Assembly (NCBI RefSeq): GCF_006345805.1 | Contig: NC_043001.1 | Span: forward strand, 98,828,001 to 98,892,000 | DNA from: Octopus sinensis | Lineage: Eukaryota | DNA: 64,000 nucleotides | Direction of reading: 5' to 3' | Shown here: positions 11,811 through 26,159 of the stretch, piece after piece | How positions within the stretch are numbered: the stretch's first letter is position 1 | Layout of the letters: each line of letters begins with the position of its first letter | Notes under the pieces: generated by a model | What the model was told of the DNA's origin: nothing | The model's input: the letters and a program-made list of their open reading frames with translations, nothing else | Databases searched by the model: none | Made by a program: the position numbers and the translations under genes

Positions 11811-14662
11811 AAAATTACCTACCTTAAAGCCTGCTATAATTATAGTAAGCTTTAACACACACACACACACACACGTGCATGTGTGTGTATCTCTTTGTCT
11901 TGATGCCACTTGATACATGCAAATGAACATCATTATCATCATCATTGTTTAACACCTGTTTTATATGCTGGCATAGGTTGGATGGTTTGACAGGAACCAA
12001 GGAGCCAGAGAACTGCACCAAACTCCAATGTCTGCTTTGGCATAGTTTCTATAGCTGGATGCCCATCCTAACATCAACCACTTTACAGTGTGTACTGGAT
12101 GCTTTTTTACTTGGCACTAGTACTAGTGAAGTCACTGAATAAACCACAAGACAAGGCCTCTCAAGTGAGTAGGTGAGGGGAGAAGCTGGTTTTATGCCAC
12201 GTATTGAGTCAAAGTACGATACACATACAGGCATACACTCTTGCTAAAGATATCCATTAGGCGAGATTTCAAATAAACCAGACTAAATCTGCTGGATTAA
12301 GAGAGTGGCTATCAGTGATGACTTTCAACATCATCTTTATGTGCGAGTTGTATTTCCCTGCAATATCTATCAATATTCCAGAGATTATATGTATCTTTCA
12401 GCCCTATGTTTTACATCTCAACCTCAAAGGAAGACATTCAGCAGAGAGATATGGTGGATATGATTTACTGTGACACCACAAACCAGCAAAACAAGCAATT
12501 CAGTTAGAATTTAAATACATTTACAAGTTATTTTATTGAACTTTTGAAAAACTAGGATTATCTCTATGTATACAACAGCCTTGTTACTAAATTAAAGTCA
12601 GTTAGTATTCTCAAGTGTATACTTTTATTGAAACCTTGAAACTGTAAAATCAGTGGGTGCACAATATCTTCATTACTAAATATTAGATAAAACATAGTAA
12701 ATAAATGTTCTTATTTATTTACACACCAAGAGCAAACTGAAAATGATTCCAAAATAAAAGAAAAAAAACGAAACTAAAAAGCAGAGGAAAAATAAAAATT
12801 AATAAATATTATTACAAAATCCCAAGTGTTGAGCAACACACCTCATACCTTTATGTATGTGCATGTATCATGTGGCATTAAGAGAAGGAGATACACACAT
12901 ACATGTGTGCATGTGTGTGTGTGTGTGTTTGGCTTGATCACTGTCACTGGGTAGAAATGAAAAATAGGACACTGTTATTGATCATTGAATGCAACTGATT
13001 CTTACGGCAATACTTGGCTTGGTGAATAAACAACAACAACCACAGTAACTGCAAGAATAAGAACAAGGACATCAACTACAACAATAGCAGCAACAACAGT
13101 ATTAACAACAAAAACATTAAAAACAACATCAACAACAGCAACAACAACAGAAACAACAATAATATCAACAATTACTACAAAAGAAACATCAAGCACATGT
13201 CTCTAAACCGGTGGTTCTCATCTGAAGTCTATATAGCCCTTGGGGATTCATATAAGATTTTGTTGTTTAAATTTTTGTGCAATAAATTACTTATATTTCT
13301 ACAATACACAAAATATTATATGTTTTTTTAAAACAATTCCTAATAATATTTAATCGTAAAAATACAGCAGGAATTTTCATTATTTACATTATTTACAATT
13401 AACGGATATTTGTCCTCATCTTGTTTATTGTTAACGTGGTTGAAAAAATCTTATGAATTCAAGCCATATTCATTATTCAATAGAAATCTAATCTGTTTCT
13501 CCTCTAAATATTTAACTTTCTATGTAAAGCGACAACGTGACTTAACTATGAAAATGAGAGGGAGAGACTAAGAGAGAGAGGGGGAGGGAGAGCGAGACAG
13601 CGGGTGGGGCGATAAAGCATAGAGCAATATAACAATGCAACAACTCTGAGAGTGTAGTGGGTGCTTTTACGTACGACTGGCACGAGGGCCAGTCAGGCGG
13701 TACTGGCAATGGCCACACTCGAAATGGTGAATTTTACGTGCCACCTGCACAGAAGCCAATCAGCTGCTCTGGTAATGATCATAGTAGATACATTGGTAGT
13801 GCTGGACATGACCAGTGGCGTAAGCCATTCGTTCAAGGGACCGTTCCTTTATACTTCAGAGTAGGTGGGGTAGTCAGAGTTCTTCAGACATCTGGAAGCC
13901 TTCTTAAAAATGCTCCACATCTTAAAGCAAGGAAAGGTCTTTTAAATGAATGCAAGGGCCGTTAGAAGAGAGGGTGCAAAAGCCTTGCATATCTGCTCAG
14001 ATGCTTCCAGCTGTCTCACAAGTACCAAATGGATTACTCGGAGGCACCAATGTGGCCATGGACAAAATAATATATGGTCATCCAGATCGTATCCACGAGG
14101 TGGAGTTAAAAGGTTCACCAATTAGTTATTTTTAATAAAAAATAACTTACCCATCACCTTGAGCAGCAATTTACCCGTTCCACAAATCCACCAGTGTAAT
14201 CTATCTCTATATACATGCATACATTCATATATACACACACAATTTGAGAGGTCTTGGTATCCAGAAGACCTAAATGGCAGGTAAGGCTATGTTGGTGCTA
14301 CAGGAGGACCACTGTTAGACTCCCGGTTCAATAATAGTATGAGCGAAGGGGTCAAACGCGGGTCGTGTGTGAGTATGTATATGTTGAATAAAGTGAGACA
14401 ACAAAGCCAAGGCAGTGAGACATTTTTGGGACATTTATAAAGAGAAAGGTAGTCTTACAGTGATATTCCCCTTGGATTAGATAGATGGAAGAGCATTGTA
14501 GAAAATGAAGGAGGGTATATTTTAGATTAAAATACAACTTTGCTTATCGTAAGTTTGGAAAATAAAAGAAGCATAAAAAAACTCCATTATTTATGGGATG
14601 ACCCGATATATGTGTGTGTGTATATATACATATATATATATACACATATATATACACACGCG

Positions 14663-14693
<31 letters not shown>

Positions 14694-14985
14694 CACGTGA
14701 CCGACCAGACAATCAGATGTTGTTACACATCGCTGGTCACAATGCGTTCGCATGACGCCACCCCGCTGGCTAAGCGAGCAGGCCAACAGAAGAAAGAGTG
14801 GGAGAAAGAGTGGTGAAAGAGTACAGCAGGGATCACCACCCCCTGTCGGAGCCTCGTGGAGCTTTTAGGTGTTTTCGCTCAATAAACACACACAACGCCC
14901 GGTCTGGGAATCGAAACCGCGATCCTGCGACCGCGAGTCCGCTGCCCTAACCACTAGGCCATTGCGCCTCCACATATATATATAT

Positions 14986-15089
<104 letters not shown>

Positions 15090-15289
15090 ATATATATACA
15101 TACATACATTCACACATATGTACATATGTACATAGTATGTTAGTAAAAAGCTCAGAGATGATAGTAGCATTGATCATCAAAGCAGTCTATCATGGACCAA
15201 TAGCCAGGTAACTACCTCCCACTTTGAAGGGTATGTGTTTGCAATCCAGGAACAGGAAATATCGACCTGATGCGCAAAAGGGGTAGAGA

Positions 15290-16090
15290 TGCAGGAGAAG
15301 CAGTAAAATATGGTAACTGACACCTACTTTGTGGAATTAACACTGACGATATCAGCCACATCACATGTCATTGTCCAAAAATGTCATCATGGTTCTCTAC
15401 CAATGAGACATGATGTTGTAGCAAGGACACTCTATAATGAAATCTATCAGAAGGATAACCCTGCGGACAAAGAAATAAGAACCCACAGTACAGTAGAAAC
15501 CATAGCCACTGGTGGAATGTCCCAGTGAAGACCTCAGTAAAATGTAAGCACAAAAGACCTGATATAATGATTTGGGATAGAGGAGAGAAACTGTGTAGAG
15601 TTGTGGAAATTAGCTGCCCAACAGATGTTAACATAAATCTGAAGATGAGTGAAAAAGAGAATACCTACATTGAACTATTGAGAAATCTGCAGTTAATCTA
15701 TCCAGATTACAAGTTCAGGCTTATACCTGTAGTTATTGGGACCCTGTGGATATGGAACATACTGCCTAAATACCAATCTTCAGAAATTAGGCTCCTCAAA
15801 AATCTTTAAAACATGAACTCAGGACGACAAGCGAGAAACTTTGCTATCACATGCAAATTTTTGAACAAGCCAATATCAATTGTGAGTTTGCTTCCAACCC
15901 ACAAGCATTATAGAGAGAGACAAGGAAGGAAAACATTACCATTAAGAAAGTTCCCTCCCGAGAAGCTCTACAATCATTCTGGGGAAAAATTTGGAATGAA
16001 AAGAGGGATTTCAACCTCAATGCATCATGGTTAAATAGAACTGAGAAAGAATACTGTACTAACACTAACAGTAAAACATACAAAATTGAT
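15290..16090 (+). mobile_element. REL-endonuclease non-LTR element (R2/NeSL/R4-like) 3' fragment
   Basis: HVIVQKCHHG..RHDVVARTLY (CCHC/RH region), then KRPDIMIWDRGEKLCRVVEISCP..KENTY..IPVVIGTL (PD-(D/E)xK motif), broken by frameshifts. Confidence 0.85.
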
Positions 16091-16165
16091 GCAGAAACCT
16101 TTGCTATAGCAGTAGGAAATCTCTTAACTGCACAGCCACGCTTGTACCTATTTTATACAGTCACA

Positions 16166-16205
<40 letters not shown>

Positions 16206-17179
16206 AATATATCTATAAATCACTGTAGTGTCCAGATGATCAGCCATTGCTGTGCCCTGCTGGTCACACTGCAATTCTTCACGTTATTCTGAGGACTAAG
16301 GTGTATAAGCGACACAGATCATGATATTCTCCTGAAACAGGGCACCAGTCGATCACAGGGTTATTTATTTACAGCTCAGTTGACGGGAACAATGTGAAAT
16401 GAGGTATTCATCTGAGGGCCTCTAAGCACCACCCTCTGGGATTTGAAATCATGAACACAAGATCGGGAACGCCATAACGTAATCACTAAGCCACACATGT
16501 TTACAATATGTGTGTGTGAGAGAGAGAGAGAGAGAGTGTATGATCATGTTTCCATATAGGTGTTGCCCAATAAAACCAATGATAAAAATTTTAACAAGTT
16601 GTCAAGCTTTTATTTGTTATGAAATAAAAAAGGTTTAAATGGGCTTCATATAATCTCCATACGTAGGTGTGAGTGTGTATGTGTGTACTAAATGAATTGA
16701 ATTAGACTGTGAGAGGATAAGTTGTAAACAACATTCAAGGTCACAGAAATTCAAGTCAGTTAGAGTAGCATGAAATTGAGTGAACGTAATAAAAGAAGAT
16801 AGAATGTATATATAAATATAATTCCACGAAAAACACAATGAATAGCCTTATTGGCTGAGACGACTTACTTCCTGCTTACTACAATTATATAACCTATGAA
16901 TCTCAAATCAGTTTGTTCATACCAGTGAGAGAACTTGAAGATTCATATCTCAAATTTTAAACCTCGGAACAAGCTTACTCAGCTGAAAATCTTAAAACTC
17001 AAACTTATCCAACTGAAAACTTCTGATTCAAGGTAAAGAAAAAATTTTCTCGTCTTAAATCTTGTCATATATATATATAATATTTTATCTTTTACTACTT
17101 AAAGCTGTGGCCATGCTGGGGCACACTATCATTATTGAGAACTTCCTCTGGTATGTGGTATTTGGTGAATAAGGGAGTT

Positions 17180-18570
17180 TGATGTCATTGCCCTTATTTG
17201 TGCCTCCTGCCACAAGGGAGGTTCATCCAGGTTTCTTAACAGGGAGAGGTCCAGTTTTCTTTCGAAAACACATCCACTTTGTGTAGGTCCCTCATGCTTT
17301 TTGGGAGAATATTAAAAAGCTTTGGGCATTTAAAACCCAGGCTGTTGCAGTAATAACTGGTCCTGAAATGTGAAAGCAGTGTTGGAATCTTTGGCTCTGT
17401 GCAGTGGTGACCCGTTCTGGCGTTTGTGTAGCTTTCAAAGCCAAAATTTGGTACATTCCCTTCCAGGATCTTCCAGATGTATATCACTGCATATCTTCCC
17501 CACCTTCACTCTAGGGAGTAAAGTCTTACCTGTTTCAGCCTTCCCCAGTAGTTGAGCTGTTGCAATGAGATGATCTTTTTTTAGTAGCTTCGCTGGATTG
17601 CTTCAAGGTCCACTGTTAATTTTACACTGTGGGGTGACCGTTGTTAGGAGCAGTAGTCCAGGCAGCTGAGGATAAATGTCCTCCAGCGGACCATCAGGGT
17701 TTCTTTGTCCCTGGCTCTGAAGGTTCTCAGGATCCATCCATCCAGCCATCTGCACTTTGTCGTCATCTTGTTAAAGTGCACTTGGAAAGAGGTATCATCA
17801 CTCATGTCGATACCCAGATCACACACGTGATTGTAATTCCCCACTAGGCCAGTATATCCTGTATGTTTTCCGTTCAAATTTGGATGCTGGTAGTGCAGGG
17901 CTTGAAATTTTCCAGCATTAAACTGCATATTATTGTCCTCAGACCATCTGTAAATTGCATCCAGCTACTGCTGCAGGCATGCAACATCACTACGGTTTTG
18001 CATTTTCTGCAAAAATTTTGTGTCGTCTCCGTAGCTAGCAAAGGTATCAGGGCAGCGGAGAGCATATCTCAGAGGGCCACTATGAAAATCAGTGGCCCTA
18101 AGACAGTGCCCTGTGGAACACCACTCACTATTTGTGGTACCGTTGAGGTGGTACCACTGGCTACCACTGCCTGACTTCTGTCTTTCAGAAAGTCATGTAA
18201 TCATTCTCCAAGTTTTCCAGCTTTGCCAAGATCACGTAGTTTGTGGCATATCATATCATGATTAACTTTATCAAAAGCTTTTGCAAAGTATATTACATCC
18301 ACATTTGAGTTGTTAAGTAACTGTTTCAGCACCCAGTCATTGTGCTATAGGAGCTGTGTCAGGCAACTCCTACTTGGTCGAAAACCATGCTATCACTCAG
18401 CAAGTCACTTTCTTCCAGGAATGACTTTGCTTGTGTGTGAAGTCAGAGAGATAGGCCTATAAGTTATGGCACCTGCTCTGCTTCCTCCTTCATGGATTGG
18501 GCATATCATTCCCTTCTAAAGTTTGCTTGGCAGCTTGCCATTCACAAGAAAACTCTGGAGGAAAATCTGT
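17180..18570 (-). mobile_element. Decayed CR1-like LINE (RT and 3' end)
   Basis: Minus strand: YFAKAFDKVNHDM, GVPQGTVLGPLIFIVAL, MQFNAGKFQALHY, CDLGIDMSDD, IYIWKILEGNVPN. Confidence 0.85.
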
Positions 18571-18616
18571 AGTGGTTTTTCCTGGGCATATATATGTATA
18601 TACATTATATATATTA

Positions 18617-19410
18617 TAAATATTGATCATAGAACAGACATCAAATTCGAGTCGGCGACTTTATATATAACACCGTAACATTTCATCATATATAAGTGTT
18701 GCCATGACTCTTAGACATAAAAAGTATACATATATAAAATACACAGAAGATAAAAAATATATACGCGAATAAGGACACAGATATGTAGAGCGGCCTATCA
18801 GGATGGTATATGCGGTTGGCTGGGAATTCTAAAGCGTGTCTTGCTGCTAAAAATCCAATTAAACTAAAATAAAATATCAATCGACTAAACAAAGAATTTG
18901 TTGAGATTCCTGTTCATCATGATGTGGGGGTCATTGCCAAGATGCGCTTTAACTCGTAATCGAACTGCGGCAATGAACTCCCGAAATGGCCATAGGTGTG
19001 TTTCACTTGATTTTGTGGAACTCTTTTTGCTCCTGGACTCTAACCTACCATGGGTTTTATGAAACAAACTTTTTTGACGTACTCTTTCATTTGAGGGGAG
19101 TAAGAAAATTTTTCTTTTAAGTCGATATTTTATTTGGATTTTTAGTAGCATGACACGCTTTGGAATTCTTGGTCGATTGTGTATGCCTTCTTGATGGGCC
19201 ATTCTATACACCTGCATTTTTATTCGCATATATATCTTTACCTTTGATGATTTTTATGTCTACTTTATATACTTTTTTTTTTTATATATGTATACTCTGT
19301 GTTTGGGAGCCATGGTGGTATTTATATATGATGAAATGTTTGGAGATACGGTGTTATATATAAGGTCATTGACTCGAATTTGATGTTTATTTTATGATCA
19401 ATGTTTCTTT
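18617..19410. repeat. ~270-bp degenerate inverted repeat around a core carrying a decayed hammerhead (18915-18998, +)
   Basis: ATTGATCATAGAACAGACATCAAATTCGAGTC...ACACCGTA is the reverse complement of TACGGTGT...GACTCGAATTTGATGTTTATTTTATGATCAAT. Core: CAUC AUGAUG-U GGGGGUCAUUGCC...GGCAAUGAACUCCC GAAA UGGCCA UA^GGUG. Confidence 0.75.
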
Positions 19411-22036
19411 ATCTCTGTCTCAGTTACATTTGAGCACTTCTCTTTTTTTGCAGTCCTATAAACCCTTTGTTTCCATAAAAAGGAGACAGAAATTATTTCT
19501 TGTCGTATACATATATATATATATGTAAAAGGGCACCATTCGAGCGTGATCGTTACCAACGTCGCCTTACTGGCACCTGTGCCAGTGGCATGTGTAAAAA
19601 GGGGTGGGGAAGGGTATCTTTTTTTCTTCGCAAATGTAAATAAACCCAATCTGTTTCTTAAACGAGGGACATATTCATACAGCACGGAATGTTTTCACCC
19701 CAAATAGACTCCAGCGATTGGTTAAAATTGCTGAAATGCTCGATTTTAAAGTGGAAATATCTTACGAACTACAGAATTTTCTCAATAAAGCCAAGAAAAA
19801 ATGATGTTTTATAAACACATTCTACCAGTATACGAAGTTTAAAAGTGTTTAGTTAACTAGAAATTGTGTTGACATGTGCCGTTCAAAAGGAAAAGATCCA
19901 AAATACATATAAAAAAATAAGTAATAAAAGTAAAACACATCTATATACACATATGCACATACACACACACATCTCTATATGCGCATACCCGCATGTCTAT
20001 ATACGCACGCACACACACAAAGGTTCATACACACATGTAGAAGAAAAAACGGCTAAAGGCAAAATAGAGGAAAATGGGCAAAAAAATGTGTAAAAACGAC
20101 AAAGACTAAAACACATCTATATACACACATACTCGCATGTCCACGTACAAGCTTTTTATCTCTCTATACTTTTTACTTATATTTCTTTATATTTTTTATA
20201 TATCCATTGCTAAGAGCATTTTTAAGCCAGCCCGTCAAGTTCAACCTTCGCATATTCCCGGTGCACCCGCCCTTGCCCACCCCCACCACCAATACCGGAT
20301 ATCTCTATATTTTTGCTCCATCTATACCGGATGTCGCTTCTCCCACCACCATTATAGGTGTCTACTCTTCGAACCCCCTCTTCAATACGCTATTTCACCA
20401 TGCATTACCCCTCTCGTGATATCCTACGTTCTACTTGTCTAGAACCTGTCATCGTTTCTCCGAACACCCCTCCCCACTGGTGCTCCCCTATATTTCTGCA
20501 CCCTCCCCCCACATAAAAAGCACCATCCGAACGTGGCCGATGCCAGCACCGCCCCGACTGGCTTTTGTGCAGGTGGCACATAAAAAGCACCAACTGACCG
20601 TGGCCGATGCCAGACCCCTCTGGCACCTGTGCAGGTGGCACGTAAAAAGCACCCACTACACTCGTGGAGTGGTTGGCGTTAGGAAGGGCATCCAGCTGTA
20701 GAAACACTGCCAGACCAGACTGGAGCCTGGGGCAGCCCCTGGCTCCCCAGACCCCGGTCGAAACCGTCCAACCCGTGCTAGCGCGGAAAACGGACGTTAA
20801 ACGATGATGATGATGATGATGATGATGATAATGTTTCAGCTGATATACCTTCCAGCCTTCATCATGTGTCTTGGGGAAATATCGAAACTGGGTTCTATTT
20901 TTCAACGTGAGTGGTGGCAGTAGCAGCAGCAGCAGCATCTTCATCATCGCTGTCATCGTCATGCAGGTCACTGCCTGGAATCGAACTCAGAATCTTGGGG
21001 TTAGTAGCCTACGCTCTTAACCACTACACCATATGCCCGAGGAGTGCAATTGTGGAGTGAATTTTAGGGCTTATAAATCTAATATTCTCCTATCCTTCCT
21101 TAATACTAGTTCCCATATGCCATTCATAAATTGGTGATAAGGTGTATATGAGGACATACAAAACTGAAAAGTAGAACTGGGAAGAGGGTAAAATTACCAA
21201 ATACATAGGTAAAATGATGTATTGGGTAAAAAGTAGAAAAGGCATACAAAAGAGTCTCAAGAACTAACTGAAAAAGAGATTCGTGGAGAGTGAACCAAAG
21301 AAGCTGAAGGAACCAATAGAATAGTTATACGATACGTTCCAAATAACAATGCCACTGCAGGTGATTGAACCCAGGCATTCAAGTGAAAGGAAAAGAAAAC
21401 ATACAGCGGTCCTGAAAATATATGCCATGAGAAAAAACTATTAAATTGCACAAAAAAAAATCTCAAAAAAGGGAGGTGAACTGAATAAAAAAAATTATTG
21501 CTAAATAAAATGAGACTGCTAAAGAAAAACTTAAAAGGGAAGAGGTTGTAGGGAATCAGTAATAATGGGACATTCCTCCCACATGACAAATGGAATGAAC
21601 CAGTCACTATAAGTAAGGTGATATCAGCTGGTGTCGAGAGAGTACGTAGAGTATAAGAGTACGTGTAGACTGTGTTGATAGTTGTGTCTGTGTGGATATA
21701 GTAATTATACTGTGATACTGAGTGGATGTTATAATGATTCAAACTTTTGAGGACAATAACACTGTACGACTGGGAGTTGTACAGTGCCAGATAGAAACAT
21801 CCTATCAGCAACTTCAGAATATAACAATATCTGTCAGAGCAACAACCGTCATCAAAAGACAGATACATCAGTGGCAAAAGAATGCTTTATAGCATATATA
21901 TATATATATATATATATGTCCCACCCATGCCAGTATGGAAGGTGAACGTTAAACGATGATGATGATGATGATAATGATGATGATACACACACACACACAC
22001 ACACTCAGACTGGACCAAAAGTCATATTTATGTATA

Positions 22037-22950
22037 CTAGCTGATCGATTCTGCTAGTACATGTCTAAACTCCTGTTCGTAGTATGATAGTAAAAAGTGA
22101 AACTTACTAGAATTTTCTTAAAGAATTTCCTTATAAACAATGTTGTCAGTGTAGATTCCTTTGGACTCTGAGTCCAAAGCCAATATATGCACATTGTTCC
22201 CAGAACCAACACTGTTGTTGGTAGCATAGAACTGGCCATGACTGAACATAGGTATTGGCAGGTAAATCCCAACTTGCTCTAAGGTCTGGCCCTGAGATTT
22301 GCTTGATATCATTCCAAAAGCCAGCTTCACAGAAAACTGCTTTCTGGAAAATGAGAATGGATAGTCTTCAGTAGTGGTCAGTAGAATTTGCGGTATCATT
22401 ATTCGGATTCCAGCATGTATCCCATTGACCACTTCTGCTTCAATAAGGTGGTTTTGCAGATTCAAGACTATATATATCATGTTCTGTTGCAATGTCTTCC
22501 TGCTGGATCAAGGTTTCTGAGCAGCACAATGGAAGAGTGCTTCTTCAAAACCAAAATGTGTAGGGGAAAACTTAATGGATTGAGATCAATGATCAGTTCC
22601 AGCAGGAACATAATCTCATTTTCGTGTAAAGTGTTACAGCTTCGATAAGTTTTACTATCTCCTTGAAAAAGTTTCGACATGACAACTGTATTCACTTCTT
22701 CAGCAGTCTTGTTTGTAGGAGTAATGATGGCTCTACTCCTTATCCATAGTCCCTCTCTATATTTCTCAATACCCCTAAGACCACTTCACAAAGGTCCTGT
22801 AGTCTTGTAGGGTCAATCAAATGCAGTGGAGGAATAGATATTTTGTATTCACCAATTTCTTGATTGGTAGGAAATGTTCCATTCCCCAGCTGGACGCGAT
22901 AACAGTGTCATCACCGCCAGAATTTTAAACTCTCATATTGATAGACAATT
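22037..22950 (-). mobile_element. Helitron PIF1 helicase C-terminal fragment with 3' end
   Basis: PLHILVLKKHSSIVLLRNLDP..CNRT; RKQFSVKLAFGMISSKSQGQTLEQVGIYL..FSHGQFY. Minus strand ends CTAG|T at 22037. Confidence 0.85.
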
Positions 22951-23149
22951 GCAGGCTTTGGACATAGTTCCAAATATATGACTGTTTTAATGTAACAGGA
23001 ATAATCTGGGCTCTGGAACCTCTTTGCACCATGGGCAAGATCTGCCGAACACATAGAAAATCCAGCAACACATGCTATGTGTTCGGCATGTTGGTCGCCT
23101 TGGGTACTTAAGTCAATTTACAATGGATCTAGAGTACCTGTTGGTTTTC

Positions 23150-23930
23150 AATATATCTAGGACACAGATTTATGCCAATGGGTAAATGTTGTGTATAGAA
23201 TACGATGTAACAAATGCAACAAGTTCTATGTGGGTAGCACAACAAGGCTGTTACACGTCCACATCAAAGAACATCTGAATACGAGAGCCTCCTCCTTCAG
23301 AAAACATCTAGACAGATGCCAGAACACTGACAAAAGCATAATGGTCACAATTGAGAACAGTCACAATGAAAGAAATTTGGGTAATTTAAAAATTAAGGAA
23401 GCTATACTCATACACAGACTTGTTCCCCAAATTAACAACAGGCTGGAGGTTGGTAATCAATATATTATTTAGCTACATCTGGATACATGTAGGTTCATTT
23501 TTGATAACATGCTCATGTATTGTTTATAATAAAAAAAAAAGAAAAGGAGAAAGGAAAAAAGAAGGAAGCTGCACGTATAATACATAACTTAGAAGCAGTG
23601 CTACGGATGTGCCAGCACACACGAGCTTCAGACATGGCCGACCTTACACACTTCTCAAGAGGAATTCTGGAAGGAGCTTCATGAGACCACTGCTGAGATG
23701 CTTCTGAAAAAAAGAAGCCGTTGGAAAACTAATTTTAACAGTGACTCCATCAATTCTTAGGGATATCTGAAGAAGGAATTTTTATTCCGAAATATCATAT
23801 CAGACTATGGATGATTAAATTACAACAGTTATTATAGACCATTGTTTGTATTATAGTGCATTGTTGTGCCATTCAAAACACTTTGTTCTTTACAAACAAT
23901 ACACAGTGCTTCGAGCAAACTACAATACTC
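23150..23930 (+). mobile_element. Penelope-like element 3' end: GIY-YIG endonuclease plus pLTR
   Basis: ORF 23191..23472: VVYRIRCNKCNKFYVGSTTRLLHVHIKEH...LKIKEAILIH...PQIN, followed by a hammerhead in the 3' region. Confidence 0.9.
23763..23803 (+). ncRNA. Minimal type I hammerhead ribozyme (Penelope pLTR type), intact
   Basis: GAUAU CUGAAGA A GGAAU-UUUUU-AUUCC GAAA UA UC^AUAUC. 5-bp stem I, 5-bp stem II, palindromic AUAU stem III (dimer type), cleavage after C23798. Confidence 0.85.
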
Positions 23931-25857
23931 TCATATATATATGTATATTAGGCATTACAAGTGTGTTAAGAGTACTTGAGTAGAGCTGGTTGGTTTGATA
24001 CTACTTCTTCTCATAGACATCATGGAAAATGAACAGAATCTGTTTTACAAATTTGTAGATGCCAGCAAGAACCCAGACAATAGCCTGTTTCTCCAGAACA
24101 ATCACAAAAACTTTTTCAATTTATATAATCTGTATTTTCTTCTCATTATAAAATGTGATCTCTTATTAAAACAACACACATCCACTCTCTTTTTCATAAC
24201 TTAATGTATCTACTTTTCACGCCTTTTGAGAAGAGAATGAGGGTAAATAACAAGCAACCAGCCCAATAATCATACAAAATTTGATTTTTCCACAAAATAT
24301 ACTTGTAAAATAGGTGTGCATCTTATGCATCAGCAAATATCATAATTCTAGATGAAGTTATAATATTTTGCATTACCTGTGAGAAGTCCATTGGTTATTT
24401 TGAAAACTACTTGAGTGTTGACATTGGGAGGTTATAGAGAACCCTGAAATTCATGTATGCTACTGATTTTCCAACAACTGATAATTTGATGCCTATTTTA
24501 ATGCAGATATAATGGACTCTTAAATTTCCTGCAAACATTATTGGTTTCAAATTTTGGCACAAGGCCAGCAATTTTGAGGGTGAGGGATTGTTGATTACAT
24601 TGACCCTAGTGCCTTAACTGATACTTATTTTAACAACCTTGAAATGATGAAAGGTAATGTCAACCTTTGCAGAATTTGAACTCAGAACCTAAAGATGAAC
24701 AGAATGCCACTAAGCATTTTGCCTGATGTGCAATCGATTCTGCCAGCTCACTATCTTGTTTCCTGCAAATGTTATTCATTACATTTTAACTACCAAGATT
24801 TTATGACACACATTTGCTTATTCAGTTATACCATCAAGGAGGAAACATTCTCCCTATACTCAATAATATGATATAAAGATCAAATGTTTAAAACTAAACC
24901 TAACATCACATGTTAACTCCCTAAAGGCCTGCTTTCTGTGAAGAGCAAGTTAATAGATAACTTACCATCACAGTGGAGAATATGGTGTACCAGCATGAAA
25001 ATGATAAAGATAAATATACTCCCTTTCACAGTTACATTTCAAGACAGGGTCCAATGGTAAGAAAGCTAGTACATGGTATAAATTTTATTTAAAATACTTT
25101 CATACTCTCTCCCAACAGTAACTACTCTGTTGCTCTGCCACTGTTACCTTCTGAAGACAATAAATCTGTCCCTTTCATCATACTCTACCCACTCTCTTCA
25201 CTGTGTCAAAAGGTATTACTGTGTTTCTTCTATTCTCCTTTCAGTAATGGAGGTTTTTTTAATCTTGTCTTTTACAAAGACACCTCATTAGTACTGATGC
25301 CATGAGAAAAGCATCAACTACACTCTGTAAAGTGGTTGATATTAAGAAGGGTATCCGGCCACTGAAACCATGCCAAAACTAAGACACTGAGACAGGATGC
25401 TGGCTTCCAACCTATCAGATTTCGTTGAACTGTCCAACATGGAAAGAGGCTGTAAAATGATGCTGATGGTGATTATGATGATAATATGTATTTTAGCTGT
25501 ATAATAAATTCAGTTTAATATAACTGAAAAATATATTCATTGAATTAATTTTATGTAACATAAAGTTGTTATGGAAAAATGAGAAAACACTACACAGGGT
25601 CATTATTTGCTGATCTAACATGTAAATTACACACTTGGCAATAAAATTATCTCAACAAGTATCACTTATTGTTTTACTCTCAGTATTACAATTAATCTCT
25701 TAGTTGTGAGAGGTGCTAGACCCAATATTACAATGGATGTGGTGGAGTACTGAACTAAATGCGTTATTGTAATTAACTTATTGGTGGCCATATTTCTAAG
25801 ATCACAATTCTCTGCCTTTACATTTGAATTTTCAATATGATTAAAGATGACAATAGT

Positions 25858-25996
25858 TTTAAGCTTGCTTCCCAACCACATGGTTCCATGTTCAATCCCA
25901 CAACATGGCATTTTAGGCAAGTGTCTTCTACTATAGCCTCAGGCCAACCAAAGCCTTGTGAGTGGATTTGGTAGATGGAAACTGAAAGAAACCTGT

Positions 25997-25998
<2 letters not shown>
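25858..25998 (-). mobile_element. tRNA-derived SINE (abundant family)
   Basis: tRNA-like head with B box (GGTTCCATGTTCAATCCCACA) plus body CCAAAGCCTTGTGAGTGGATTTGGTAGA read on +. Further copies at 28475-28625, 45225-45310 and 45590-45755; orientation assignment is tentative. Confidence 0.7.
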
Positions 25999-26056
<58 letters not shown>

Positions 26057-26159
26057 TGTATGTATGTATGTATGTATGTATGTATGTATGTATGTATGTA
26101 TGTATGTATGTATGTATGTATGTGTGCATGTGTGTGTGTGTGTCTCACTCATGTGTGAA

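Noticed and set aside
25858-25935. tRNA-like sequences as tRNA genes
   Set aside because: They are diverged SINE heads fused to repeat bodies and lack a complete cloverleaf.
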